Shown here piece after piece: positions 18,692-25,601 of a stretch of 32,000 bases of DNA. The stretch's first letter is position 1. Each line of letters begins with the position of its first letter. The notes under the pieces are model-generated. The model did not search any database and had not been told where the DNA came from. It saw only the letters and a program-made list of their open reading frames with translations. The DNA is from an uncultured Actinomycetota bacterium (lineage in GTDB: Bacteria > Actinomycetota > Actinomycetes > Streptomycetales > Streptomycetaceae). The DNA is taken from contig CAVTRX010000002.1 of NCBI GenBank assembly GCA_963737305.1, positions 558,187 through 590,186 of the forward strand, given 5' to 3'. The translations under genes were made by a program, and so were the position numbers.

Positions 18692-19293
18692 CACGTGGTC
18701 CGATCGCGGCGGAACAGGGCCAGCAGACGCTTCCACCACGAGGGGCGGATCCCGGCCTCGTCGGCGGGGGCGGGCCGCGCGGCGGCCGGCTCTCGCGCGG
18801 GCGGGTCCCCGACTGCGGCGTCCGGTGCCGGGGAGGCGGCTCCGGGTGGACCGGCCGCGCACAGTTCGGAGAAGGCGGCGACGAACTGGCGTTCCACATC
18901 CTGGGAGCGCCGTCGCACGATCGACTCGCCCAGTCGGCCGATCTTGCCCCACAGCGCGACGTCGAGGTTGTACTCCACCTGCGACGTGCCGCCGTCCGGG
19001 CGCACCGACAGCGTCGCGTCGATCTTGATCGAGCTGCCCAGTTTGCGGTCCTCGCCGCGCAGTACCGCCTTGACCTCCTCGGGTTCGCGCAGCGTGGTGA
19101 TCTCGGCCGAGAATCCGGCACTGAATCTGACGTGCGCTATCTCGTTGACGAGTTGTCCGCGGTAGTGAGTGCCGTCGACACGCGTCAGCTCCGTACAACC
19201 GGGAACGCTGGTGCGCATGGACTCCGGGTCGAGGAAGTGCGCGAAGACCACGGTGCTCTCCGCGGGAACGGCGAAGGATGAGTTCAGCTTCAT
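18691..19293 (-). CDS. CoxG-like SRPBCC family protein (carbon monoxide dehydrogenase subunit G-like)
   Basis: The N-terminal ~145 aa match the CoxG pattern (MKLNSSFAVPA....VFAHFLDPE....PGC......G..Y.G......G......F). The Pro/Ala-rich linker is followed by a basic/aromatic tail, SWWKRLLALFRR. Confidence 0.78.
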   Translation of the reverse strand: MKLNSSFAVPAESTVVFAHFLDPESMRTSVPGCTELTRVDGTHYRGQLVNEIAHVRFSAGFSAEITTLREPEEVKAVLRGEDRKLGSSIKIDATLSVRPDGGTSQVEYNLDVALWGKIGRLGESIVRRRSQDVERQFVAAFSELCAAGPPGAASPAPDAAVGDPPAREPAAARPAPADEAGIRPSWWKRLLALFRRDRTT

Positions 19294-19295
19294 TA

Positions 19296-19332
19296 GACCG
19301 CCATAGAGGACGTGTTATCTTCTCCACAGGAC
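19296..19332. promoter_or_regulatory. Candidate operator pair (AGGAC half-sites) in the leader/-10 region of the hydroxylase-UbiD operon
   Basis: CCATAGAGGAC (19301-19311) and ATCTTCTCCACAGGAC (19317-19332). ATAGAGGAC is the exact reverse complement of GTCCTCTAT at 20485-20493. Confidence 0.4.
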
Positions 19333-19358
19333 GCTAACACGATGCGTGCAGGTGTCAA
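19331..19358 (-). promoter_or_regulatory. Candidate sigma-70-type promoter for the coxG-like/hydroxylase/UbiD operon
   Basis: On the minus strand: TTGACA (19358-19353), a 16-nt spacer, then TAGCGT (19336-19331). This lies about 38 nt upstream of the ATG at 19293. Confidence 0.4.
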
Positions 19359-19535
19359 CCAGTCGCACGGCATCGGCCGGCCCCCGTCGGCCGGACCGTC
19401 CCGCGATGTCCGCGGTTGTCACCCCGAACCCCTGCGCACGTTGGATAACGTGGCGGCCGGGGTGATTCCGATCAGCTGCCGCGCGGCCGCTACCGGCGTC
19501 AGCGTTGGCGATCGTCAGAAGGTCGAGGGAATGCC

Positions 19536-20306
19536 ATGGCGGGCGATGTACCAGCGGTGGCGAGCGCCGTTCGTCTACTGGAGAGGATCGCGCGGGACTG
19601 GCCGGAGGGGGTGACCTCGGCGACCTTGATCGACGAGCTCGGCCTCAACCGGAGCACCTGCTACAACATCCTCGGCACGCTGCAACGCGCGGGCTGGACC
19701 GCCAACCGCGGCGACCGGGCCGGCTGGTCCCTCGGTCCCCGGCTGCTGACCCTGGCGAGGGTCTCGGGCGACTGGGTCAGCGAGGTCGTACAGCGCGAAC
19801 TCGACGCGCTCAGCCACCGCCTCGGCTTCATCGCCTTCGCCCTGCAACGGCACGAGCCCGCCGACTACGTGGTGCTCGCCAGGGGCGACCGCAGCCAGGG
19901 GGTGCGCATCACGGTGGACGTCGGCGAGACCTTCCCCTTCTCCTCCCCCGCGATCATGCGGGCCTTCCACGCCTGGAGCGACCCCGCCACCGTCGACCGG
20001 CTCGCCGACCAGCACGGCATCGAGGCGTTCACCCCGGAGACCGTCACCCGGCGCGCGGCACTGCACGAGGTGTTCCGGCAGACCCGCGAGCGCGGCTACG
20101 CCGCCAGCATCCGCGAGTACGACCTGGGGCAGTCCGGGGTGTCGGCCCCGGTGTTCGACGCGCATGGGCGGGTCAGCATGGCGCTGTGCTCGCTCGCCTT
20201 CGCCTCCGAGCTGAACGAGTCCAACGTCCGCCGGGCGGGCGAGCTGGTACGCGACGCGGGCCTGCGCATCACCGAGCGCACCGGCGGGGTGGCCCCGACC
20301 GCCTGA
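19536..20306 (+). CDS. IclR family transcriptional regulator
   Basis: N-terminal wHTH (SAVRLLERIA...ATLIDELGLNRSTCYNILGTLQRAGW) plus a C-terminal IclR effector domain. RBS GAGGGAA. Divergent from the hydroxylase operon. Confidence 0.9.
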   Translation: MAGDVPAVASAVRLLERIARDWPEGVTSATLIDELGLNRSTCYNILGTLQRAGWTANRGDRAGWSLGPRLLTLARVSGDWVSEVVQRELDALSHRLGFIAFALQRHEPADYVVLARGDRSQGVRITVDVGETFPFSSPAIMRAFHAWSDPATVDRLADQHGIEAFTPETVTRRAALHEVFRQTRERGYAASIREYDLGQSGVSAPVFDAHGRVSMALCSLAFASELNESNVRRAGELVRDAGLRITERTGGVAPTA

Positions 20307-20339
20307 CCGGGCAGTATCCGCACACCCCGCGCCCCCGAC

Positions 20340-20371
20340 GCCCGCCGCCCGGACCGTCCCGGACGGCGGGC
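20340..20371 (+). terminator. Hairpin terminator after iclR
   Basis: GCCCGCCG...CGGCGGGC 8-bp outer stem plus an inner CCGG/CCGG stem, 34 nt after the stop, followed by CTT. Confidence 0.45.
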
Positions 20372-20436
20372 CTTCGGCATGCCCGCGAAGTCCACCGCCG
20401 GCGGCAGCGGATCGAAATTTCGTTCTGTCGTACTTA

Positions 20437-20465
20437 TTGACGCGGCCAGCGCCTCCACCTAGCGT
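20437..20465 (+). promoter_or_regulatory. Candidate promoter for the tandem MFS transporter genes
   Basis: TTGACG (20437-20442), a 17-nt spacer, then TAGCGT (20460-20465). This is the same -10 hexamer as the hydroxylase promoter candidate. The AT-rich palindrome CGAAATTTCG (20413-20422) lies just upstream. Confidence 0.45.
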
Positions 20466-20474
20466 GCCGCACAT

Positions 20475-20500
20475 AGGACTCACAGTCCTCTATAGAAGAC
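20475..20500. promoter_or_regulatory. Candidate operator (overlapping inverted repeats) just downstream of the MFS promoter
   Basis: AGGACT-cac-AGTCCT (20475-20489) overlaps a 14/16 palindrome GTCCTCTATAGAAGAC (20485-20500, core TCTATAGA). Confidence 0.45.
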
Positions 20501-20673
20501 ATAGCCTCGCCTCTCATCGGTACGTTTTCCGGCCGCCCGAGGCGACCTTCCGAGCGGCTCGCCCGACGGGCCGTCCCTGTCCTGGTTTTCCCGACGCATA
20601 CCGAAGCTTTCCGATGCCGTACGGGCGCCATCCGGCGCCTACCCACACCCGCCGGAAGGGAGCGAGGAGTTCC

Positions 20674-21999
20674 GTGGACCAGGTCGCAGTGATGAAGACC
20701 GGGCGGCTCGCCGGGCTGCGGCCCGCGCAGCGGCGCTCGTTGATGGCCGCCAATCTGGGCTGGCTGTTCGACGGATTCGAGACCTACGCCCTGATCCTGA
20801 CCGCGGGATCGGTGGTGCACCAGTTCAACCCCACCACCTCCGCCGGGCGGACCTCCTTCCTGGTGGGCGTGACGATCGCGGTGACCCTGCTGGGCTGGGG
20901 CATGGGCGGCATCCTCGGCGGGGTGTTCGCCGACTACTTCGGCCGCCGCCGCGCGCTGCTGACCTCGATGGTGCTCTACGCGGGCTTCACCGGGCTGTCC
21001 GCGCTGTCCTGGTCGTGGACGTCCTTCATCGTGCTGCGCTTCGTCACCGGCTTCGCACTCGGCTCCGAGTGGGGCACCGGGACGTCGCTGATCGCCGAGA
21101 TCTGGCCGGCCGAGTCCCGCGCCAAGGCCGCCGGACTCATGCAGTGCGGCCTCGGCCTCGGCTTCTTCATCGCCTCCGCGTGCTGGTACTTCATCTCCCC
21201 GCTCGGCACCGACGCGTGGCGATACATGTTCGTGATCGGTGTGCTGCCCGCGCTGTTCGCGCTGTGGATGCGACGGCAGGTGCCCGAGTCGGGACAGTGG
21301 ACCGCCGCCCAACAGCAACGCGCCGACCTGCGGGCCCGCCCGCAGCAGGAGCTGAACGCGAGCGAACGCTCCTACACCCGGCTCACCCTGCGCCAGATCA
21401 TGGTCGACCCCCGGTTGCGCAAGCTCACGATCCTGGGGTCGCTGATGTCACTGGTGACCACCCTGGCCTGGTGGGGCATCTCGACCTGGGTCCCGGCCTA
21501 CGTCGCGAGCGTCGCCGCCGGCTCCGGCCACGGCGCGGCCTCCTGGGCGAGTCGGGCGGGCATGATCTACAACGCCGGAGCCATCGCCGGCTACATCTCG
21601 TTCGGCTTCATCGCCGACCGCATCGGCCGCAAACCCGCGGTCATGCTGTACTTCGGCGCCTCCCTGGTGCTGACCCCGGTGCTCTTCCTGTGGACCCACA
21701 ACCTGGCGGCGATCGTCGTCGTGCTGGTGGTCAACGGGTTCTTCACGCTGGGCCAGTACACCTGGATGCCGGTGTGGCTGCCCGAGTTCTACCCGACCCA
21801 TCTGCGCGCCACCGGCACCGCGTTCGTCTTCAACGCGGCACGCTTCGTCGCCTTCCTGGGGCCGCTGCTGTCCGGGACGATCATCGCCCACCTCGGCGGT
21901 TACGGGATCGCGGCCACCGCGGTCGGAATGATCTACGTGCTCGGTCTCGTGGTGGCACCGCTGTGCCCGGAGACCCGTGGGCGGCCCCTGCCGGAGTGA
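20674..21999 (+). CDS. MFS transporter (aromatic acid / metabolite:H+ symporter-like)
   Basis: About 12 TM segments. MFS motifs GWLFDGFE, FADYFGRRR and PETRGRPL. The GTG at 20674 is preceded by GGAAGGGAGCGAGGAG, with ATG 20692 as an alternative. The upstream part of the ORF from 20437 looks non-coding. Confidence 0.85.
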   Translation: MDQVAVMKTGRLAGLRPAQRRSLMAANLGWLFDGFETYALILTAGSVVHQFNPTTSAGRTSFLVGVTIAVTLLGWGMGGILGGVFADYFGRRRALLTSMVLYAGFTGLSALSWSWTSFIVLRFVTGFALGSEWGTGTSLIAEIWPAESRAKAAGLMQCGLGLGFFIASACWYFISPLGTDAWRYMFVIGVLPALFALWMRRQVPESGQWTAAQQQRADLRARPQQELNASERSYTRLTLRQIMVDPRLRKLTILGSLMSLVTTLAWWGISTWVPAYVASVAAGSGHGAASWASRAGMIYNAGAIAGYISFGFIADRIGRKPAVMLYFGASLVLTPVLFLWTHNLAAIVVVLVVNGFFTLGQYTWMPVWLPEFYPTHLRATGTAFVFNAARFVAFLGPLLSGTIIAHLGGYGIAATAVGMIYVLGLVVAPLCPETRGRPLPE

Positions 22000-22041
22000 A
22001 ACCGCAAGGACATCCGTGACACCTCCGGAAGGGCATACCAG

Positions 22042-23361
22042 ATGTCAGGCACCAGAACGGCCGAGCTCGACGGGACGACGTCCGCTGGCTGGACGGCGAA
22101 CGGGACCCGGTGGATCCTGATCTTCGCTTTCCTCGGGACCCTCTTCGACGGCGCCGAACTGAACCTCGTCGGCTATCCGATGACCTATATATCGGACAGT
22201 CTGCATGTCTCCACCATTGATCTGATCCGGGTCACCACGTTGCAGGGCTTCGCCTCCATCGCGGGCGGCATCCTGTGCGGCTGGCTCGGTGACCAGATCG
22301 GCCGGCGCTGGACGTACACCGGCTCGGTGCTGGTCTTCGGGGTGTCCGCGGTACTCGGCGGGCTGGCCCCCACCTACTCGCTCTTCCTGCTCACCCGGCT
22401 GCTCGCCGGGGTCGGCATGGGCGGCCTGTTCGGGCTGTCCTTCTCGATGTTCGCCGAATGCCGCAAGAGCGGGACGAGGCGCGGTCTGGTGGGCGGCTCG
22501 ATCCAGTCGATGTACTTCGCCGGTGAGATCGTCACCGAAGGGGTCGTCTACTTCTGCACGGTCCACTTCGGCGCCCAGGACGGCTGGCGCAGCGGATACG
22601 TGATCATCGGCGTGCTGACCCTGGTCATCGGCGGGCTGTCGATCTTCCTGCTCCCGGAGTCCGCCCAGTGGCTGCACTACCAGCGCGAACTGCGCGCCGG
22701 CCGGGTGCCCGCCGAACTGCGCCGGGCCAAGGTCCCGCTGGTCGATGTCTTCCGGCGCGGCTACGTGTGGGGCACCGTCTTGTTCATGACGCTGGCGTCG
22801 GCGATGTTCATCACCACCAACTCGATGATCGCCTACCTGACGACCTTCCTGGTGAAGGTCGAGAAGGTCCCGCTGGGCACCGCGAGCATCATCGTCCTGC
22901 TGGGACTGGTGTGCACCACGGTGACCTACCCGCTGGCCGGCGCGCTGTCGGACGTCATACGGCGCAAGTGGGCGTTCTTCTGGTCCAGCGCCTTCGGAAT
23001 CATCGGGTTCGCGTGGCTGCTGGTGCAGGTCTCCACCGGAACCGAGCACGTGAGCACGGACTTCTGGAACTGCCCCACGTTCTGGGCACTGATGATGTGC
23101 GCCGGAGCCGGTGGAGGGTTCGGCGTGCTGGGCGTGTGGATGGCGGAGTTCTTCCCCACCCGGGCCCGCTCAACCGGTTCCAACGTGAGCTACTACGCGG
23201 GACGGGGCATCGGAGCCGGTCTGTTCCCGCTGGTGGCGTTGGCACTCGCGGGCTCGGTGCCGATGGCGCTCGCCCTGGGCGTCGTGGGTCCGGCCGCCGG
23301 TGCGGCGTTCGCCCTGCTGGCCCCCGACTCGACCGGTCGCGACATCGAGGCGATCGAGTAG
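22042..23361 (+). CDS. MFS transporter (second, divergent paralog)
   Basis: 439 aa, about 12 TM segments, with GWLGDQIGRRW and LLTRLLAGVGMGG motifs. RBS GGAAGGG. It begins 42 nt after the first MFS gene. Confidence 0.85.
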   Translation: MSGTRTAELDGTTSAGWTANGTRWILIFAFLGTLFDGAELNLVGYPMTYISDSLHVSTIDLIRVTTLQGFASIAGGILCGWLGDQIGRRWTYTGSVLVFGVSAVLGGLAPTYSLFLLTRLLAGVGMGGLFGLSFSMFAECRKSGTRRGLVGGSIQSMYFAGEIVTEGVVYFCTVHFGAQDGWRSGYVIIGVLTLVIGGLSIFLLPESAQWLHYQRELRAGRVPAELRRAKVPLVDVFRRGYVWGTVLFMTLASAMFITTNSMIAYLTTFLVKVEKVPLGTASIIVLLGLVCTTVTYPLAGALSDVIRRKWAFFWSSAFGIIGFAWLLVQVSTGTEHVSTDFWNCPTFWALMMCAGAGGGFGVLGVWMAEFFPTRARSTGSNVSYYAGRGIGAGLFPLVALALAGSVPMALALGVVGPAAGAAFALLAPDSTGRDIEAIE

Positions 23362-23378
23362 CGGCCGGGTCTCCGTGG

Positions 23379-23408
23379 TGGACCGCGCCGACACGCGGGC
23401 GCGGTCCA
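23379..23408. terminator. Bidirectional hairpin terminator between the second MFS gene and the transposase-like gene
   Basis: 11-bp stem TGGACCGCGCC / GGCGCGGTCCA with an 8-nt loop. Confidence 0.55.
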
Positions 23409-23432
23409 TCGATCGGAGGCGGCGTCCTCGGC

Positions 23433-24551
23433 TCAGAGCACGGTGCTCCAGGCGGGCAGCGTGCCGATCGCGTAGGCGGTGGACACCAGGGTCATGTGGT
23501 GGTGCCAGCCGGGATACGAACGGCCTTCGAAGTCGGCCAGCCCGAAGTCCTCCTTGAGCGTCGCGACGGTCTTGCGGGCGTCGTCGACACAGCCGACGTA
23601 GCCCCGCACGTCCTCGGCCGGCATCCCCGGCAGGTTGGTCACCACGAAGCGGTCCCGCGGGGGATCCGCCGGGAAGGACAGCCGCCACAGGCGCAACGTG
23701 CCAGGGGCGGTCCCGCTCGTGCCGACCCGCGGCAGGTGAACCGGGCAGGCGCGGGCGAAGGCGGCACCGGGCGCGATCGCTCCCCGGGGGCGGCCCGCGA
23801 GCAACTCCTGCGCTGTCGGCTGACGCCCCGGCACCACGTCGGGGGCGACGAAGCGCTCGCGTCCGCCGACCTCGATGACGAAGGGGACGCCGCGGCCCGC
23901 CAACGCGGCACTCAGGCTCCGCAGGTCGTCCGCGCACCGCCCGTCGACCACCAGCGGTCCGGCGCCGGACCCCGGCGCCATCATGAGCGCGTGCCGCCAG
24001 GCGCCGCCGACGACGGCCGACTCCGGCAGCCGGGCACGGCGCCGCCGATCCTCGTCCCGCCCCCACGTCCCGTCCAGCACGAGCCCCCACTCCACCGGCA
24101 GGCAGTGCGCTCCGGTGGCGAGGAAGAGCCCCACCCCGAACTGGCAGTTGATCCCCCGGCTGCGCTCCGCGTCGTAGCGCAGCCGCACGCCCACCGAGTG
24201 GTCGCCCCGCTTGGGCACCAGGGCCGCGCTCACCACCCTCGCCCGCACCGGGGCACGCCGGCCGATCCACCGCGAGAGCGTCTGCCTGACCGGCTGCCAG
24301 TCCCACGGGCTGGAGTTGACGAACTGATGGAGCGACTGCACCGCGCCGGGAGAAGCGGATGTGGCACGGGCGAGGTTCTGTAACGACTTGCGGCCGGCCG
24401 CCGACAGCAGGCCCCGCACATACGCGTCCGCCCAGCGCTGCTGGTCCCGTCGCGACAGGGACCCGAACAGCTCCCGCACGGCCGGACCGACCGACGGGTC
24501 GTACGCGGACTGCTCCGCGCAGGCTCGTGGTCTGATCTGGAGCGCAGACAT
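23433..24551 (-). CDS. IS701-family / SRSO17-like DDE transposase-like protein
   Basis: N-terminus RRDQQRWADAYVRGLLSAAGRKSLQNLA....LHQFVNSSPWDW and C-terminus LKEDFGLADFEGRSYPGWHHHMTLVSTAYA match the family pattern. Start at 24551 with GGGGGA RBS. It contains an in-frame TTA codon (24383-24381). I found no terminal inverted repeats. Confidence 0.75.
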   Translation of the reverse strand: MSALQIRPRACAEQSAYDPSVGPAVRELFGSLSRRDQQRWADAYVRGLLSAAGRKSLQNLARATSASPGAVQSLHQFVNSSPWDWQPVRQTLSRWIGRRAPVRARVVSAALVPKRGDHSVGVRLRYDAERSRGINCQFGVGLFLATGAHCLPVEWGLVLDGTWGRDEDRRRRARLPESAVVGGAWRHALMMAPGSGAGPLVVDGRCADDLRSLSAALAGRGVPFVIEVGGRERFVAPDVVPGRQPTAQELLAGRPRGAIAPGAAFARACPVHLPRVGTSGTAPGTLRLWRLSFPADPPRDRFVVTNLPGMPAEDVRGYVGCVDDARKTVATLKEDFGLADFEGRSYPGWHHHMTLVSTAYAIGTLPAWSTVL

Positions 24552-24671
24552 GGATCCCCCCGTGGCTACCTGGACACGCCGGACAACCAGAGAGTACAGA
24601 ATATTCTCTTTGTTTCTCATATCAGCCCGAACCGGACCGCGACTTCGTGAAGTCGCCCCCAGTGCGCAGTA

Positions 24672-24710
24672 CTTGGGCGCGGCATTTGGGCGCGGCATTT
24701 GGGCGCGGTC
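24672..24710. repeat. Tandem direct repeat, 3 x 13 nt (TTTGGGCGCGGCA-like)
   Basis: The units are cttgggcgcggca, tttgggcgcggca and tttgggcgcggtc, read directly. The repeat is intergenic, and the 13-nt period is not a multiple of 3. Confidence 0.85.
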
Positions 24711-24748
24711 GGCCGGACGACCGAGGCAGGTACTCCCGAGCCCGGGCG

Positions 24749-25339
24749 TCACGGTCCGTTCGACGGGGCCGGCCGGCCGTGGGCCGACAGCACCAACCCC
24801 CACACGAGAGCCGCCTGATCCCGCGCCGTCACCCCCGGAGTCGCGGCCCGCACCGACACCTCCGCGCCCGACACGATGGACACCACCAGGGCCTCGACGG
24901 CCGCCGGCGACACCCAGCCCACCAGGTCCTGGCCGGCCCGTGCGATCACCTCCCGGCACAGCGGGAGCCACGTCCAGTACCAGCCGTCCCGGTCCGCGGG
25001 GTACTCCCGGAAGAACCTGGCCGCCGCGCGCACACTGATCTCCTGCTCAAGCAGGCGTACCAGCGTGCTGGTGAACTCCACGACATGGCGCAGCTTTCCC
25101 GTCCCCACGGCGGGCGGCGGTGCGAGCGCGCCCTGGGTGATCAGGCAGCCCTGCGCGATCACCGCCTTCGCCAGTTCGAGCTTGGTGGCGAAGTGGAAGG
25201 TCAGCGCTCCCATCGTCACCCCGGCGGACTTGCTGATGCGGGACAGCGACGCGCCGGCGTAGCCGAGGCGGTCGAACTCCGTGGCGGCGGCGCGGAGCAC
25301 GAGCAGACGCGTCCGCTCGGCCCTCTCCTGTCTGACCAC
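24749..25339 (-). CDS. TetR family regulator, gamma-butyrolactone receptor-like (ArpA/ScbR-like)
   Basis: RQERAERTRLLVLRAAATEFDRLGYAGASLSRISKSAGVTMGALTFHFATKLELAKAV closely parallels the ArpA/ScbR N-terminus (..RT...IL.AAA.VF...GY......I...AGVTKGALYFHF.SKE.LA). A conserved Trp region (WYWTW) is present. The start is uncertain: GTG 25339 is preferred, with ATG 25447 as an alternative. Confidence 0.72.
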   Translation of the reverse strand: MVRQERAERTRLLVLRAAATEFDRLGYAGASLSRISKSAGVTMGALTFHFATKLELAKAVIAQGCLITQGALAPPPAVGTGKLRHVVEFTSTLVRLLEQEISVRAAARFFREYPADRDGWYWTWLPLCREVIARAGQDLVGWVSPAAVEALVVSIVSGAEVSVRAATPGVTARDQAALVWGLVLSAHGRPAPSNGP

Positions 25340-25601
25340 TTTTTCTCTGCCCCCTGCACTCGCTCGGAGGGACGACGGCTCAGCGCGGTGACGCGGCCGC
25401 GAGAAGCCTCTCGGCAGGTGAGAGCGCCCTGGCGGCCCGCTCAGCATAAGCACACCCAAGACGAAACAAAGGGTCACAAACACAACGAATAACGACTTCG
25501 GGATGTCTGTCGAGCGCTCGGCTCACCGAGTCGGAATCCACTTGGTTCCCGTCGACTCACTCGACCCGATGTCGACGTGCGGATACCGGCGGATGCTCGG
25601 G

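Noticed and set aside
15499-19293. Annotating the cluster as aerobic carbon monoxide dehydrogenase (coxMSL plus coxG).
   Set aside because: I could not find the CODH active-site loop (VAYRCSFR for form I, AYRGAGR for form II) in the large subunit. It instead shows XDH/aldehyde-oxidase-type motifs. The IclR, UbiD and MFS context argues for an organic substrate.
20437-20673. The longer N-terminal extension of the first MFS ORF (start at 20437), and likewise the 3749 start for the small secreted protein and the 27763 start for the ArsR-like gene.
   Set aside because: The extensions are non-protein-like and lack an RBS, and at 20437 the extension overlaps the predicted promoter and operator. The internal starts have good Shine-Dalgarno sequences and give canonical N-termini.
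23397-24710. A 10-nt direct repeat GGGCGCGGTC on both flanks of the transposase-like gene (23397-23406 and 24701-24710), considered as a target-site duplication.
   Set aside because: No inverted repeats lie just inside the two copies. One copy is the arm of a terminator hairpin, and the other is part of the 13-nt tandem array. GC-only 10-mers are not very improbable in this DNA. I report it only as context.
24672-24710. The tandem repeat considered as a mini-CRISPR array.
   Set aside because: The units are directly adjacent with no spacers, are only 13 nt long, and there are no cas genes in the window.
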